Shown here piece after piece: positions 1 through 9,523 of a stretch of DNA of 64,000 bases. The notes below the pieces were generated by a model. It made no database searches, had not been told where the DNA came from, and saw nothing but the letters and a program-made list of their open reading frames with translations. The stretch's first letter is position 1, and each line of letters starts with the position of its first letter. The translations under genes and the position numbers were made by a program. This DNA is from Candidatus Woesearchaeota archaeon (GTDB lineage Archaea; Nanobdellota; Nanobdellia; Woesearchaeales; WJIZ01). Location: assembly GCA_018221205.1 (NCBI GenBank), contig JAAOYF010000017.1, positions 863-64,862 of the forward strand. The letters are read 5' to 3'.

Positions 1-352
1 CATGTCCTTTTCTAAGGTGAGGAAGGATTGCTTTGACGACTTTCTCCATCTGTGTAAGGTCTGGCACAAAATCAAAATCTAAAGGGGTGCCAGGAACAAT
101 GATGAGATACTCAGAATCATATATCTTTTTATCATCGGTTGTACAGGTAAAATTTCCTTCCTTCAGGACCTGCTCAAGAATAGGCTGGGCATGGGGCTCG
201 ATGAATGGCATCTTTCCCTTACAGACCATATCGACAGCAATCTCATTGATATCGAGTGCGACAACATCCTTCTTCTTCTTTGCAAAAGACAATGCTAAAG
301 GCAGACCGACATGCCCACATCCCCCTACAATACAAACATCATGCTTGAACAT
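1..352 (-). CDS. UDP-sugar dehydrogenase family (UDP-ManNAc/UDP-Glc dehydrogenase-like), N-terminal part; gene runs off the window start
   Basis: Reverse-strand translation from ATG at 352-350 gives MFKHDVCIVGGCGHVGLPLALSFAKKK...DINEIAVD, a Rossmann GxGxxG NAD-binding N-terminus typical of WecC/Ugd-family dehydrogenases. No stop codon before position 1. It is not in the ORF track because it is truncated. Confidence 0.55.
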   Translation of the reverse strand, partial: MFKHDVCIVGGCGHVGLPLALSFAKKKKDVVALDINEIAVDMVCKGKMPFIEPHAQPILEQVLKEGNFTCTTDDKKIYDSEYLIIVPGTPLDFDFVPDLTQMEKVVKAILPHLRKGH

Positions 353-427
353 GTCAACAGTGAGAGTCAGGAAATTTATATATGTTTCGAAGATATGTTT
401 ATATATCTCCTTCATTTGCTCAGGGGG

Positions 428-1120
428 ATGATAAAGTTCAGCATAGTGATTCCCACATTCAATGAAGAGAAGCATATCAAGGGAACGCTGGAAAGAATCT
501 ATAGCAATCTCAAGAGACACAAACTGCAGGCTGAGATCATCATCGTAGACGACAGCACCGATTCTACACCAAAAATCATACGCTCTCTGAATCTCAAGGA
601 CCTCACCCTCATATACCGAAAAAAAGCGAGAGGTGTCGGCTCTGCGATCCGTGAAGGCATCTCTAAGGCAAAGGAAGAATATATCATTGTATTGATGGCT
701 GACGCACCTGATGATGTAAAATATCTTCCCAGTATGCTCAAGAGACTAGAGCAAGGCTATGATCTTGTCCAGACATCCCGTTTTTTTAAAGGCTGTAAAA
801 TGGAAGGTTATCCTGCAAAAAAACGTGTCTGCAACTGGCTCTGCAACAGCTTCATTAGGGTCTCCTTTTTAGAATTCAGGCTGAAGGATTTCAGCAGCTT
901 ATTCAAGGGATTCAATAGGAAAAAGATCCAAGATTTGAATCTGACAGCAAACGAATTCGATCTTGGACTCGAGATTGTCCTGAAGGCCATGAAAAGAAGA
1001 TATAAGATTATTGAAGTGCCTGTCAATTGGAAAGAACGGGAGACTGGTGAGAGCAAGCTGAAGTTATCAAAATATGCCAAGAACTATTTCTATCGGGTCA
1101 TGAAGATTTGGTTAAGCTAA
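428..1120 (+). CDS. Family-2 glycosyltransferase (DPM1-like dolichol-phosphate sugar synthase type)
   Basis: MIKFSIVIPTFNEE...IIVDDSTDST...ADAPDD motif set of the GT2 GT-A fold. Start taken at the internal Met (428) rather than the ORF-track start at 311. Confidence 0.75.
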   Translation: MIKFSIVIPTFNEEKHIKGTLERIYSNLKRHKLQAEIIIVDDSTDSTPKIIRSLNLKDLTLIYRKKARGVGSAIREGISKAKEEYIIVLMADAPDDVKYLPSMLKRLEQGYDLVQTSRFFKGCKMEGYPAKKRVCNWLCNSFIRVSFLEFRLKDFSSLFKGFNRKKIQDLNLTANEFDLGLEIVLKAMKRRYKIIEVPVNWKERETGESKLKLSKYAKNYFYRVMKIWLS

Positions 1121-1901
1121 GGATGTCTTCTTTATGCAATTCGAGCTCAGCACTTTTGAGATTCTCCTTCACATGCACTAAAGATCTGGATAAAGGGATA
1201 GTGACGACATTCTCCTGGCTGACCAACCAAGAAAGCGCGATCTGTGCATTCGTCACGCCATACTTCTGAGCAAGAGCAGATAATCGTGGATCATCCAATA
1301 ATCTCCCTCTTCCCAACGGCTTATAGGCAATGGTCATGATATCCTGTTTCTGGCAGAACGGTATCATCTCTCGGAGAGGTTCCTGGTGCTGTATATTGAA
1401 TTCTATCTGATGTGCTGCGATTGTATAGTACTGTTGGGCTTCTTTAAGCTGTTGAAGAGAGAAATTGCTCACGCCGATATGCTTTGCTTTTCCCATATCG
1501 ACAAGCTGTTTCATTGCATTCATGGTCTCTTTGAGTGGAATGTCTGGATTGGGCCAGTGGACAAGATAAAGATCGACATATTCTGTTCCGAGTCTTTGTA
1601 AGCTTCTCTCCATTGCAGAAATGACCCCCTCATATGAAAGATTGTCCTTCCATACTTTTGTTGTGAGAAAAAGTTTTCCTCTCTCAGAATATTGGATTGC
1701 TTTCCCGACGATCTTTTCAGCCTGGCCCTGCCCATAGTATTCTGCAGTGTCTATGTGTTCAACACCGGCAACAAGGGCATTCTTGATAAGGTCTATCTCT
1801 TCTTTCTCGTGAGAATCATCAAGTTCATGATCTCCTCCTATGCCCCATGTCCCCAGGCCTATGTCCGGGATGCGCATACTGCCGGCAGTTTTATACTTCA
1901 T
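1098..1901 (-). CDS. Aldo/keto reductase
   Basis: IPDIGLGTWG...IDTAEYYG...LYLVHWP AKR signatures. The start Met is ambiguous: Met15 (1901) or Met23 (1877). Confidence 0.75.
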   Translation of the reverse strand: MKYKTAGSMRIPDIGLGTWGIGGDHELDDSHEKEEIDLIKNALVAGVEHIDTAEYYGQGQAEKIVGKAIQYSERGKLFLTTKVWKDNLSYEGVISAMERSLQRLGTEYVDLYLVHWPNPDIPLKETMNAMKQLVDMGKAKHIGVSNFSLQQLKEAQQYYTIAAHQIEFNIQHQEPLREMIPFCQKQDIMTIAYKPLGRGRLLDDPRLSALAQKYGVTNAQIALSWLVSQENVVTIPLSRSLVHVKENLKSAELELHKEDILSLTKSS

Positions 1902-3096
1902 GAGGAGAAGGCAACGGTACGATGAACGTTCCCTTATATCCAAATTTTTTCAGTTTCGGAATCAGCTCTTCAGCGATATTCCAGGAAAGAAGCAGTGCAT
2001 AATCTGGCTGTTCATCAAAGAGCAGCTTCTCATCTCTTACAGGGATATGTCTTCCAGGAGTAAAAAGTCCTATCTTCAGTGTGCTTTTCTCGACAAGATA
2101 ATCTAAGACATCAGTATCGATGGCGCAGTAGTTCAAAAGGGTGTTTCCTTTTGCAGGTGCCCCTATACCTACAATTTTCTTTCCCTCTGCTTTGATGCGT
2201 CTGAGCATATTCTGGATCTTGAATTTATGCTCCCTTACTTTATCACCGAACGCAAGGTAGGTCGCTTTTTTATCAAGCCCTTTCTTCCGTTCCTCATCTA
2301 AGAGCTTCTGTAGGCGTTCTGTCTTCTCATAGCTTCCTTTCATGCTGACATACGTCCTGATTGAGCCTCCATGTGTAGGGACAGGTTCAGCATCAAAGAG
2401 CTCCAGGTCAAATTGATCGAACAGGCCCTGGAGTGAGAGCAGTGAATAATAACGAAGATGTTCATGATAGATAGAATCCCATTGCATCTTCGTAAGAAGA
2501 TTGAGAAGATAATGCGACTCCTGGATGAATATCCCTTTTTCTGAAAGCAGTTCTTTTATTCCTTTCATCAATGATGAAACATCTTTTACATGCGCAAACA
2601 CATTGGTCGCAGTGATTATTCTTGCTTTGCCCCTTTCTTTTACAATCTTCTTCGCCAACTCATGGGAAAAGAAATCATGGACCGTATCCACTCCATTTTT
2701 TATCGCAATCTCGGCGACACTGCTCGGATCCACCCCTAATATCTTCATCCTTCCTTCATATCCCTTCAGCAGTGTGCCGTCATTCGAGCCGATATCCACA
2801 GCCAGCTCTTCCTTCTCAGGAGAGAATCGCTGTAATGCCGTTTCCACTAACTCTTTGAAGTTTTTGATCAGGCTGTTGTTGCTGGAAGTGGTGTAGACAT
2901 AATCTCTGAACAAGATCTCAGGGTCAACAGCATAGCCAAGTTGGACAAGATAGCAATGTTCACAGAAAAAGACGTCTAAAGGAAAAGTGTTCTCTTCTTT
3001 ATTCAGCTCCTCTTCTTTGAGGAAGGCATCACTAGGTGCATGATGCCCTAATGAAAGGAATTTCGTTGTTTGTTTTCCGCAAAGCGTGCAGTTCAT
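1891..3096 (-). CDS. NDP-hexose C-methyltransferase (TylCIII/EvaC-like; N-terminal Zn-ribbon plus SAM methyltransferase plus C-methyltransferase C-terminal domain)
   Basis: MNCTLCGK..FFCEHCYLVQL (Zn ribbon), VDIGSNDGTLL (SAM motif I), NVFAHV, DSIYHEHLRYYSL, THGGSIR. These match the hallmark order of the sugar C-methyltransferase family. The ATG overlaps the upstream stop (ATGA). Confidence 0.8.
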   Translation of the reverse strand: MNCTLCGKQTTKFLSLGHHAPSDAFLKEEELNKEENTFPLDVFFCEHCYLVQLGYAVDPEILFRDYVYTTSSNNSLIKNFKELVETALQRFSPEKEELAVDIGSNDGTLLKGYEGRMKILGVDPSSVAEIAIKNGVDTVHDFFSHELAKKIVKERGKARIITATNVFAHVKDVSSLMKGIKELLSEKGIFIQESHYLLNLLTKMQWDSIYHEHLRYYSLLSLQGLFDQFDLELFDAEPVPTHGGSIRTYVSMKGSYEKTERLQKLLDEERKKGLDKKATYLAFGDKVREHKFKIQNMLRRIKAEGKKIVGIGAPAKGNTLLNYCAIDTDVLDYLVEKSTLKIGLFTPGRHIPVRDEKLLFDEQPDYALLLSWNIAEELIPKLKKFGYKGTFIVPLPSPHEV

Positions 3097-4040
3097 CGGT
3101 ACCACCCAACACATTTTTTCAATCCGCCTGATAAATCAACCTCTGGTTTCCATCCAAGTGCCTTAAGTTTTGTGATATCAGGGCATCTCCGCTCGACACT
3201 TCCTTCTGGAGCAGATTGCTCATCAATTTCCAGACTGACTTCCATGACTGAAAAAAGTTTCTTGGCCAAATCCATGATCTTGATCTCATCATCCGTACCG
3301 ATATGATACGTTTCCCCTTTCTTGCCTGATTCCATGACAAGTTGGGTGGCGCGGACCGCATCCTGTACATAGCAGAAAGCCCGTGTCTGCTTTCCACCGA
3401 AGATCTTGAATGGCTTTTCATTCTTCACCACACGTTCGATGAATTGGGGGATGACATGGTCATGCCCCATTCTTGGTCCATAGACATTATGATAACGGAC
3501 AATGGAATAATCGATATCATGATTCTTCGCATATGAATGAAAAGCGACCTCTCCTAATATCTTTGAAGCCCCATAGCTCCACCTCACATTAGTGGGATCT
3601 TCAACAATCAAAGGGACATGTTCTGGAGTAGGAAGCGGAAAATCAGGCAGAAGTTTCAAACCTGCACTATAGGCCTCAGAGCTCGAAGTGAAAACAATCT
3701 TTCCTTTCTTGCCGATGATCCAGTCAAGGAGGTTAATTGTGCCCAAGGTATTCACTCTGAGCACCTTTTCAGGGATCTTATAGAAATTTCCTGTGCCGTT
3801 GATGGCTGCAAGATGATAGATATAATCATAATCAGTGTCTAGCTGGCTGAATGCTTCCGTTGTGGTGATATCAGCCTTGATAAAACCCACATTCTCTTGA
3901 GAAATCAGGGTATCGAACTCTTTGTCTTTCTCTGCCCTGCCGAAATTATCAAGAATATCGACCTGCATGCCTTGTTCTGAAAGGTGTGAAGCTAGATGCA
4001 GCCCGACAAAGCCTGCTCCCCCAGTAACTAGTGCTTTCAT
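3093..4040 (-). CDS. NAD-dependent sugar epimerase/dehydratase (extended SDR)
   Basis: [14 protein letters not shown]-terminus and YGASK catalytic YxxxK motif. Confidence 0.8.
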   Translation of the reverse strand: MKALVTGGAGFVGLHLASHLSEQGMQVDILDNFGRAEKDKEFDTLISQENVGFIKADITTTEAFSQLDTDYDYIYHLAAINGTGNFYKIPEKVLRVNTLGTINLLDWIIGKKGKIVFTSSSEAYSAGLKLLPDFPLPTPEHVPLIVEDPTNVRWSYGASKILGEVAFHSYAKNHDIDYSIVRYHNVYGPRMGHDHVIPQFIERVVKNEKPFKIFGGKQTRAFCYVQDAVRATQLVMESGKKGETYHIGTDDEIKIMDLAKKLFSVMEVSLEIDEQSAPEGSVERRCPDITKLKALGWKPEVDLSGGLKKCVGWYR

Positions 4041-4066
4041 ACCTCTTCAACAAACCGAATTGCCTA

Positions 4067-4107
4067 TTTAAATTTAATTATTCAATGAGTCAAAAAGCTT
4101 TTAAAAT
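4067..4107. promoter_or_regulatory. Divergent promoter region with two TATA-like boxes (tttaaatt at 4067-4074 for the minus gene, ttttaaaata at 4098-4107 for the plus gene)
   Basis: A/T boxes matching the archaeal TTTAWATA consensus lie 20-35 nt upstream of the two divergent start codons (4040 minus, 4129 plus). Confidence 0.45.
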
Positions 4108-4128
4108 AAGCCTATTCCTGTCTTTTGA

Positions 4129-4830
4129 ATGAGTATTTACGACGATACAGGTGAAGAATCATTAAACGTCCTGAAGGATTCTAAGATTAACAAATACCAG
4201 TATAGTAGCATCAGAAAATTCGTCGGGAAACGCGTCTTGGAGATTGGCAGCGGAATAGGGAATATCAGCCAGTATATCCTCAAGGATAAGAAGCAGCTCG
4301 TCGTTCTTTCTGATATTTCCCCAGATTATATCAAGCAGCTGAAGAAGACATTTCCGAAGAAAGCGAAGTTTGAAGTGTATGATTTAGAGGATAAAAAGAC
4401 CGAGAAGTTCAAGAAGCATCGTCTGGATACTATCATCTGTCTCAATGTCCTCGAACATGTGAAGAATGATAGGCAGGCATTGAAAAATCTCTATAATATC
4501 TTGATTAAAGGTGGAAAACTGATACTCCTTGTACCCTCTCTCAGATTTCTCTATGGGGCACTGGACAAGAACTTAGGCCATTTCCGTAGGTATGAAACAG
4601 GAGAGGTAGTGAAGAAACTAAATCAGGCTGGATTTACTATAGAAAAGAGATATTTTATGAACGGGCTCGCCATACCCGGGTGGTGGTGGCAAGGTAAGAT
4701 TATGAAGAAGAAAGCAGTGAGTCAGGGAGATTTGAAACTCTATGATGCATTCTTTCCCCTGATCAGCCTTTTCGAGAGATTCATCCGGCCATTTATTGGG
4801 TTGTCCATTATCTGTATCGCAAAAAAATGA
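4129..4830 (+). CDS. Class I SAM-dependent methyltransferase
   Basis: VLEIGSGIGN (motif I) ... LNVLEHV ... GGKLIL (Methyltransf_11/23-like). Confidence 0.7.
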   Translation: MSIYDDTGEESLNVLKDSKINKYQYSSIRKFVGKRVLEIGSGIGNISQYILKDKKQLVVLSDISPDYIKQLKKTFPKKAKFEVYDLEDKKTEKFKKHRLDTIICLNVLEHVKNDRQALKNLYNILIKGGKLILLVPSLRFLYGALDKNLGHFRRYETGEVVKKLNQAGFTIEKRYFMNGLAIPGWWWQGKIMKKKAVSQGDLKLYDAFFPLISLFERFIRPFIGLSIICIAKK

Positions 4831-6479
4831 AATTGAAACTGAATGCCATCCTAGAGGTCATGTTCCTTGCACTAGTTCTGGGAATGGTGCTTTATGCTGC
4901 GCTTGGCCCGCTTTGGCAGCAAAAGATAAAGCACGATTTCCCGACCGGTTATTTTGCTTCGGATACCTTCATCCACCTCACCTTCGCAGAAGAGATAAAA
5001 GAAAGGGGCCATTATCGTTATTATCCCTCCTATATGGCATGGGGATTTGATGATGTTATCGGCCATTATCCCCCTATTATCCATCATCTTGCTGCACTCT
5101 TCTCGCTCACAAGTTCGCTCCAGACCTATGATACAATCCTCCTCATGCTTGCTGTCCTTATTGCGCTTTCTATAGGGACATTATATTTCATCCTGAAGAA
5201 ATACAACAAGAACATCGCACTGATGTCATTGCCTCTATCTCTATTAGTTTTTACAGGAAAGGCGACAATAGGGTTCAATTGGGGACAATGGGGGTACCTT
5301 ACTGGTGCTGCATTCCTTATAGGGGTATTTTGGGCAGTCACTCAGCTTGATGTAAAACATTCATACATCCTTCTTGGATTATTTATCGGGATAGATGCTC
5401 TTGCTCACACCTCTGAAGCCATGATGGGTGTGCTCTTCACTCTCCTGTATATAGGTATTAAGCTTATCATTCGCAAGGGAACAAAAGAGAATATCTTTGA
5501 TGTCGTGAAAGCTGGAATAATTGCAGCCGTCATTTCAGGGTATTATCTTATTATTTTCTACTTCACGTGGTTCGCAGCAGAGTTCGAGATTAAAGTGACA
5601 AAGACACTGGTAAGCTTCGGCGTGCAAGATACTGCAGTGAGAATGGATATTTTTGGGTTCTTTTTGCCCCTCGTTATTATTGGTATGGTAGTAGCAGCAT
5701 TGTTCATCATAAGGAAAAAGATCAATGTTGCCTCCCTTATGGGATTCTTCATGCTGCTTATGGGCTACAGCTATCTTTTGGGAGCTGGAAGACGTGCTAC
5801 TCAGGCACGAATCTTTTGGCCGCTTTACCTCGCGGTCTTTCTCGGCATCACCCTGTATTTTGGGTTGAGGATCATCATAAGGAAATGGAGCATCATCTAT
5901 TCATATGCTATTGGTATAATCCTGCTTATGGTAATATTTACCCAATTCTACACGCCTAATCATTCACCAGGCCTGATGAACAATGAGCATTGGCAGTATT
6001 TCCAATGGGCAAGAGAAAACCTGCCAGAAAATAGTGAGGTATTTTACTTTTATAGTGATACGTGGATGCAGAATGCTATGCTCTACTTGGACCAAAGGAA
6101 TTCCTTCATCACTTCCCAATCATTTTTAGGAGAATCGTTGCAGAACAGGACTATTCCTCGTGAGTTCCGAGGAAAAATGGTAACTGAAGGGGGAGCCAGG
6201 CTTCCCTACAGAAAGGGCCTTTTTTCCTATGGATACCATAGTGAAGAAGTAGATAAATCTCCTTTTGTTGGATCGTTTGATATATGTAAATATGATTTTT
6301 ATGCTTTTGACAAGTTCAGTGCAGTGCCTGTATTGGCGCAATATAACCTGCTTATACGTCAGCAGTTGCTTCAAAACAGTTACATGGAAGAAGTGTATGC
6401 CAATAACTTGGTGACTGTATTGAAGAATAACAATCCAAGCGAGGATTGTCTGCCAAGGGAAGGTGTAGTCTTTGTATAA
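4827..6479 (+). CDS. Polytopic integral membrane protein, GT-C-like (putative Dol-P-sugar-dependent glycosyltransferase) with a C-terminal soluble domain
   Basis: At least 10 predicted TM helices followed by a ~150-aa hydrophilic tail. ATGA overlap with the upstream methyltransferase. No WWDYG motif, so it is not AglB. Confidence 0.45.
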   Translation: MKLKLNAILEVMFLALVLGMVLYAALGPLWQQKIKHDFPTGYFASDTFIHLTFAEEIKERGHYRYYPSYMAWGFDDVIGHYPPIIHHLAALFSLTSSLQTYDTILLMLAVLIALSIGTLYFILKKYNKNIALMSLPLSLLVFTGKATIGFNWGQWGYLTGAAFLIGVFWAVTQLDVKHSYILLGLFIGIDALAHTSEAMMGVLFTLLYIGIKLIIRKGTKENIFDVVKAGIIAAVISGYYLIIFYFTWFAAEFEIKVTKTLVSFGVQDTAVRMDIFGFFLPLVIIGMVVAALFIIRKKINVASLMGFFMLLMGYSYLLGAGRRATQARIFWPLYLAVFLGITLYFGLRIIIRKWSIIYSYAIGIILLMVIFTQFYTPNHSPGLMNNEHWQYFQWARENLPENSEVFYFYSDTWMQNAMLYLDQRNSFITSQSFLGESLQNRTIPREFRGKMVTEGGARLPYRKGLFSYGYHSEEVDKSPFVGSFDICKYDFYAFDKFSAVPVLAQYNLLIRQQLLQNSYMEEVYANNLVTVLKNNNPSEDCLPREGVVFV

Positions 6480-6855
6480 AGTAAAAAATGAATTAACAGG
6501 TCTAGGATTCTCCTTTATCATAGTATTCATAATATTCAAGATCGCCTTTTGGCAAGAAACCTTTTCTACTGTACTGAGAACTGTCCTTGCCTTCTATTGG
6601 CTGTTTATCCTTCCGGGTTTTGCTCTTCTCTCCAATTGGCAAGATACTTTCTCTTTTGTTGAACGCTTTATAGTGGGGGCGCTTTTGGGAGGAGGACTAG
6701 TGGCGTTGATAAGCTATTATCTGGGCATCAGTGGATTGCATATCAGATATCACATATGGATACTGCCTCCTCTGCTCATCATCATTGGGCACTCCAGAAA
6801 ACTCATTTCTTTCTTAAGAAATAGGCCAAAGCAGACAGAGCCGCAAAAACAATAA
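6472..6855 (+). CDS. Small integral membrane protein (3-4 TM), function unknown
   Basis: The ORF is hydrophobic throughout and overlaps the upstream gene end. Confidence 0.35.
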   Translation: MYKVKNELTGLGFSFIIVFIIFKIAFWQETFSTVLRTVLAFYWLFILPGFALLSNWQDTFSFVERFIVGALLGGGLVALISYYLGISGLHIRYHIWILPPLLIIIGHSRKLISFLRNRPKQTEPQKQ

Positions 6856-7117
6856 CAACAACCATCCTGAATGAAAATAATCTTCCTGGCCAGTAGGTGA
6901 GCGCTGGAAACAGGGCAAGGCCGATAAAGATGGAATAGATCGCTTTCTCCCCCTGGCTGAGATTGAAAGTATCAAGGATGAAGTAAAAAGGAATAATGAT
7001 GATGATCCATCCCAAGAAAGTAAGCGATCCGCTCATCCCGAAGAAGATGAGTCCGAACAGTGCAAAGAGGATAGCAACAATGCCGATTGTGGTCTTTTCA
7101 TTTAACGCAAGTTTCAA
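6803..7117 (-). CDS. Small integral membrane protein (3 TM)
   Basis: Hydrophobic ORF. It overlaps the stop of the upstream 515-aa membrane protein gene by 4 nt (7114-7117), with its ATG nested in that overlap. Confidence 0.4.
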   Translation of the reverse strand: MKLALNEKTTIGIVAILFALFGLIFFGMSGSLTFLGWIIIIIPFYFILDTFNLSQGEKAIYSIFIGLALFPALTYWPGRLFSFRMVVVIVFAALSALAYFLRKK

Positions 7118-8661
7118 TTTCTATACACCCTGATGAATTCTGATTCATATACTGCTGTCTTGTTTGAAAAAGTCAGCTCAAGATTCTGAAGCGCGGCGAT
7201 GCTCTGTTGGTCTCGGATAAGGGCAAAATCTGACAAGTCAATGACAGTGTAAATGGGTGGTGCTTCCGCCTGTATCGTGCTAGGATAATGGTATCGGTGC
7301 CCGATCATCCACAACCATCGTGTCTTTGCAAGTGATAATGATCCGACATGGACAAATGAAGCATCTTCCTCAAGATCGCTTGAACGGAGCCATTCAGTGT
7401 ATTCGGACTGATGACCATTGATCCTGCCCACTCCTTGATAGGCTCCCTCGAGAAATCCCTGTGCACTTGGTCCTGTCGCGCTCAATAGCAGGACAGCGAA
7501 GACAATGATTGCTCCGTTTTGAAGATGCCCTCTCCATTTCCCTAACGCAGGTAAGAAAGACAATGCATAAAGCAGGCCGATGCTCATGAGAGGATAGAAG
7601 ATATGTGCAGTGCCGCTCAATGATCGATGCACTCTACCTGTCCCGAAGACATCGAGGTGGATCATGATATAGAGGCTGGCGAGCCAGGCAAGAAGCAGCA
7701 GGTCTTTGGACGATCTGCGCAGCAGCAGGAGAGCTATTCCCAGGACAAGAAAAAGGATGCTCCATAAAGGCCCTATCATATCACGGTATGAAAAATAACT
7801 GTCTGGCACACCAGGATTATTTTGAGGTGGCTTGAACCAGGAAAAGAATCTGCTGAAATCTCCCTTCTCGGCAGGATTGGCACCAGAATCCTGGCTTCTT
7901 CCCAGGACATTGAGGGTCTGATAGGGGAACATGCTGATGATGAGGAAAAAAAGCACAACCACAATGGCCATGTGCTTGATAGAAAAAAAGATCTTCTTTT
8001 CTCTGATGAGGATGAAGAGGCTGAAAAGGATCAATCCCAATAAGGTATGGAAAAATACCATCGGATGGATGAAAAGATTGAGTGCGAGGAGGATTGACAT
8101 AAGATAGAGATAGATGGTATTCGGCTTTCCTTTGATGAACGACATGACGTACTGATAGAAACTGTAGAGCACCAAAGGAACATAGGCAAAGGCCATCCGC
8201 TCAGGCCACTGTCCCCAGATGTAGATGAGGATATCCCTGATAGAGAACATGAGAAGGATGCCTGAAAGCAGGGCTGCCTTGAATCCGAAAAGCCTTCTCA
8301 CAACAAAATACACGCTGAGAATGATGAGCAGACAGAAGACTGCATTGGTAAGATAGACTGGCACGGTGCTGCTTCCTCCAAGAAATCCCCCAGTTGCAAG
8401 GCCCATGTGAAAAGGAGGAGGATACCAAAGGACATGTTCCTTGAAGGTATTGTCACGGCCATATCTCATATCAATATAATCAGGCAGGATTTCAATCGAT
8501 CTGTCCAAAGACAGGGTATAATCAGCGACAGCATAATGAGAGGCAGCATCGACTTCTCCATAAGGTAGTGGATTCTGTTGGATAGGCAAGGTCCAGAAAT
8601 AAAGCGCAGTCAGATAAAGAAGCGCAACAATGATGGCTTCGATATACCTGTTTATTTTCAT
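7114..8661 (-). CDS. Polytopic membrane protein, GT-C-like (putative glycosyltransferase or polymerase)
   Basis: About 12 TM helices with a large first extracytoplasmic loop. Confidence 0.5.
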   Translation of the reverse strand: MKINRYIEAIIVALLYLTALYFWTLPIQQNPLPYGEVDAASHYAVADYTLSLDRSIEILPDYIDMRYGRDNTFKEHVLWYPPPFHMGLATGGFLGGSSTVPVYLTNAVFCLLIILSVYFVVRRLFGFKAALLSGILLMFSIRDILIYIWGQWPERMAFAYVPLVLYSFYQYVMSFIKGKPNTIYLYLMSILLALNLFIHPMVFFHTLLGLILFSLFILIREKKIFFSIKHMAIVVVLFFLIISMFPYQTLNVLGRSQDSGANPAEKGDFSRFFSWFKPPQNNPGVPDSYFSYRDMIGPLWSILFLVLGIALLLLRRSSKDLLLLAWLASLYIMIHLDVFGTGRVHRSLSGTAHIFYPLMSIGLLYALSFLPALGKWRGHLQNGAIIVFAVLLLSATGPSAQGFLEGAYQGVGRINGHQSEYTEWLRSSDLEEDASFVHVGSLSLAKTRWLWMIGHRYHYPSTIQAEAPPIYTVIDLSDFALIRDQQSIAALQNLELTFSNKTAVYESEFIRVYRN

Positions 8662-8706
8662 ACAGTCATGGGCATATGCCGAGTTAATAAAGATTTCCCT
8701 GACCGG

Positions 8707-8720
8707 AAATTATATAAAAG
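8707..8720 (+). promoter_or_regulatory. TATA-like box (aaattatataaaag) upstream of rfbF
   Basis: Archaeal TATA consensus about 36-49 nt upstream of the ATG at 8756. Confidence 0.4.
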
Positions 8721-8755
8721 GTTTCGAGCACCAGTCTAGTAAATTTTGGGTGGAA

Positions 8756-9523
8756 ATGAAAGTAGTCATTTTGTGTGGTGGAAAAGGAACTCGTTTAAAA
8801 GAAAAGACAGAGTTCATTCCAAAAGTATTGGTTGAGATAGGAGGCTATCCTATCCTTTGGCATATCATGAAGATCTATTCTCATTTCGGATTCAAGGATT
8901 TCGTCCTTCTTCTTGGCTATAAGGGTGAGATGATCAAGGAATATTTTGCCAACAACGAGACATGGAAAAAAGAGGATTTTAGGCTGGATATGAAGAAGAA
9001 AGAGATCTCATATATCGGGCAGGAACTGGAGGACTGGACAATAGAGTTTATTGATACTGGCCCCGATACCAATACCGGTGGAAGGATCAAAAAGATTCAG
9101 CACCTCATAAAAGATGATACCTTTCTCTGCACCTATGGCGATGGCGTGGCTGATATCGATATAAAGAAGACTATAGAGTTCCATAAAAAGCATGATAAGA
9201 TCGCGACCATGGCTGTCGTGAATCCTCTGAGCCAGTTCGGCATAGTAGAGATAGGGGATGATGATGTAGTCACTGGATTCAAAGAGAAGCCTAAATTAAA
9301 AAGCTGGATCAATGGCGGCTTTTTCGTGTTCAATAAGAAGATATTTGATTTCATCGGCGAGAATGATGTCTTCGAGAAGGATCCGTTGGAGAGGCTGGTG
9401 AAAAAGGGCCAGCTGGCTGCATTCAAGTTCCAGGGATTCTGGGAATGTATGGATACCTACAAGGATAATGAGATGCTGAATGATCTTTGGCACACCCATC
9501 CACCATGGAAGGTGTGGAAATGA
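8756..9523 (+). CDS. rfbF: Glucose-1-phosphate cytidylyltransferase
   Basis: [14 protein letters not shown]...[24 protein letters not shown] is the textbook RfbF/DdhA N-terminus. Start set at the internal Met (8756). Confidence 0.85.
   Translation: MKVVILCGGKGTRLKEKTEFIPKVLVEIGGYPILWHIMKIYSHFGFKDFVLLLGYKGEMIKEYFANNETWKKEDFRLDMKKKEISYIGQELEDWTIEFIDTGPDTNTGGRIKKIQHLIKDDTFLCTYGDGVADIDIKKTIEFHKKHDKIATMAVVNPLSQFGIVEIGDDDVVTGFKEKPKLKSWINGGFFVFNKKIFDFIGENDVFEKDPLERLVKKGQLAAFKFQGFWECMDTYKDNEMLNDLWHTHPPWKVWK

Noticed and set aside
33-431. 132-aa plus-strand ORF at the window start
   Set aside because: It lies antisense to a well-conserved minus-strand dehydrogenase N-terminus (the GxGxxG Rossmann motif reads cleanly on the other strand) and has low-complexity composition. 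It is a shadow ORF.
1386-3306. Numerous 60-120-aa ORFs antisense to or nested in the AKR, C-methyltransferase and SDR genes (e.g. 2525-2896, 2622-2858, 3070-3306)
   Set aside because: They are embedded in the opposite strand of genes with strong family signatures and have no recognisable motifs. They are typical of AT-rich shadow frames.
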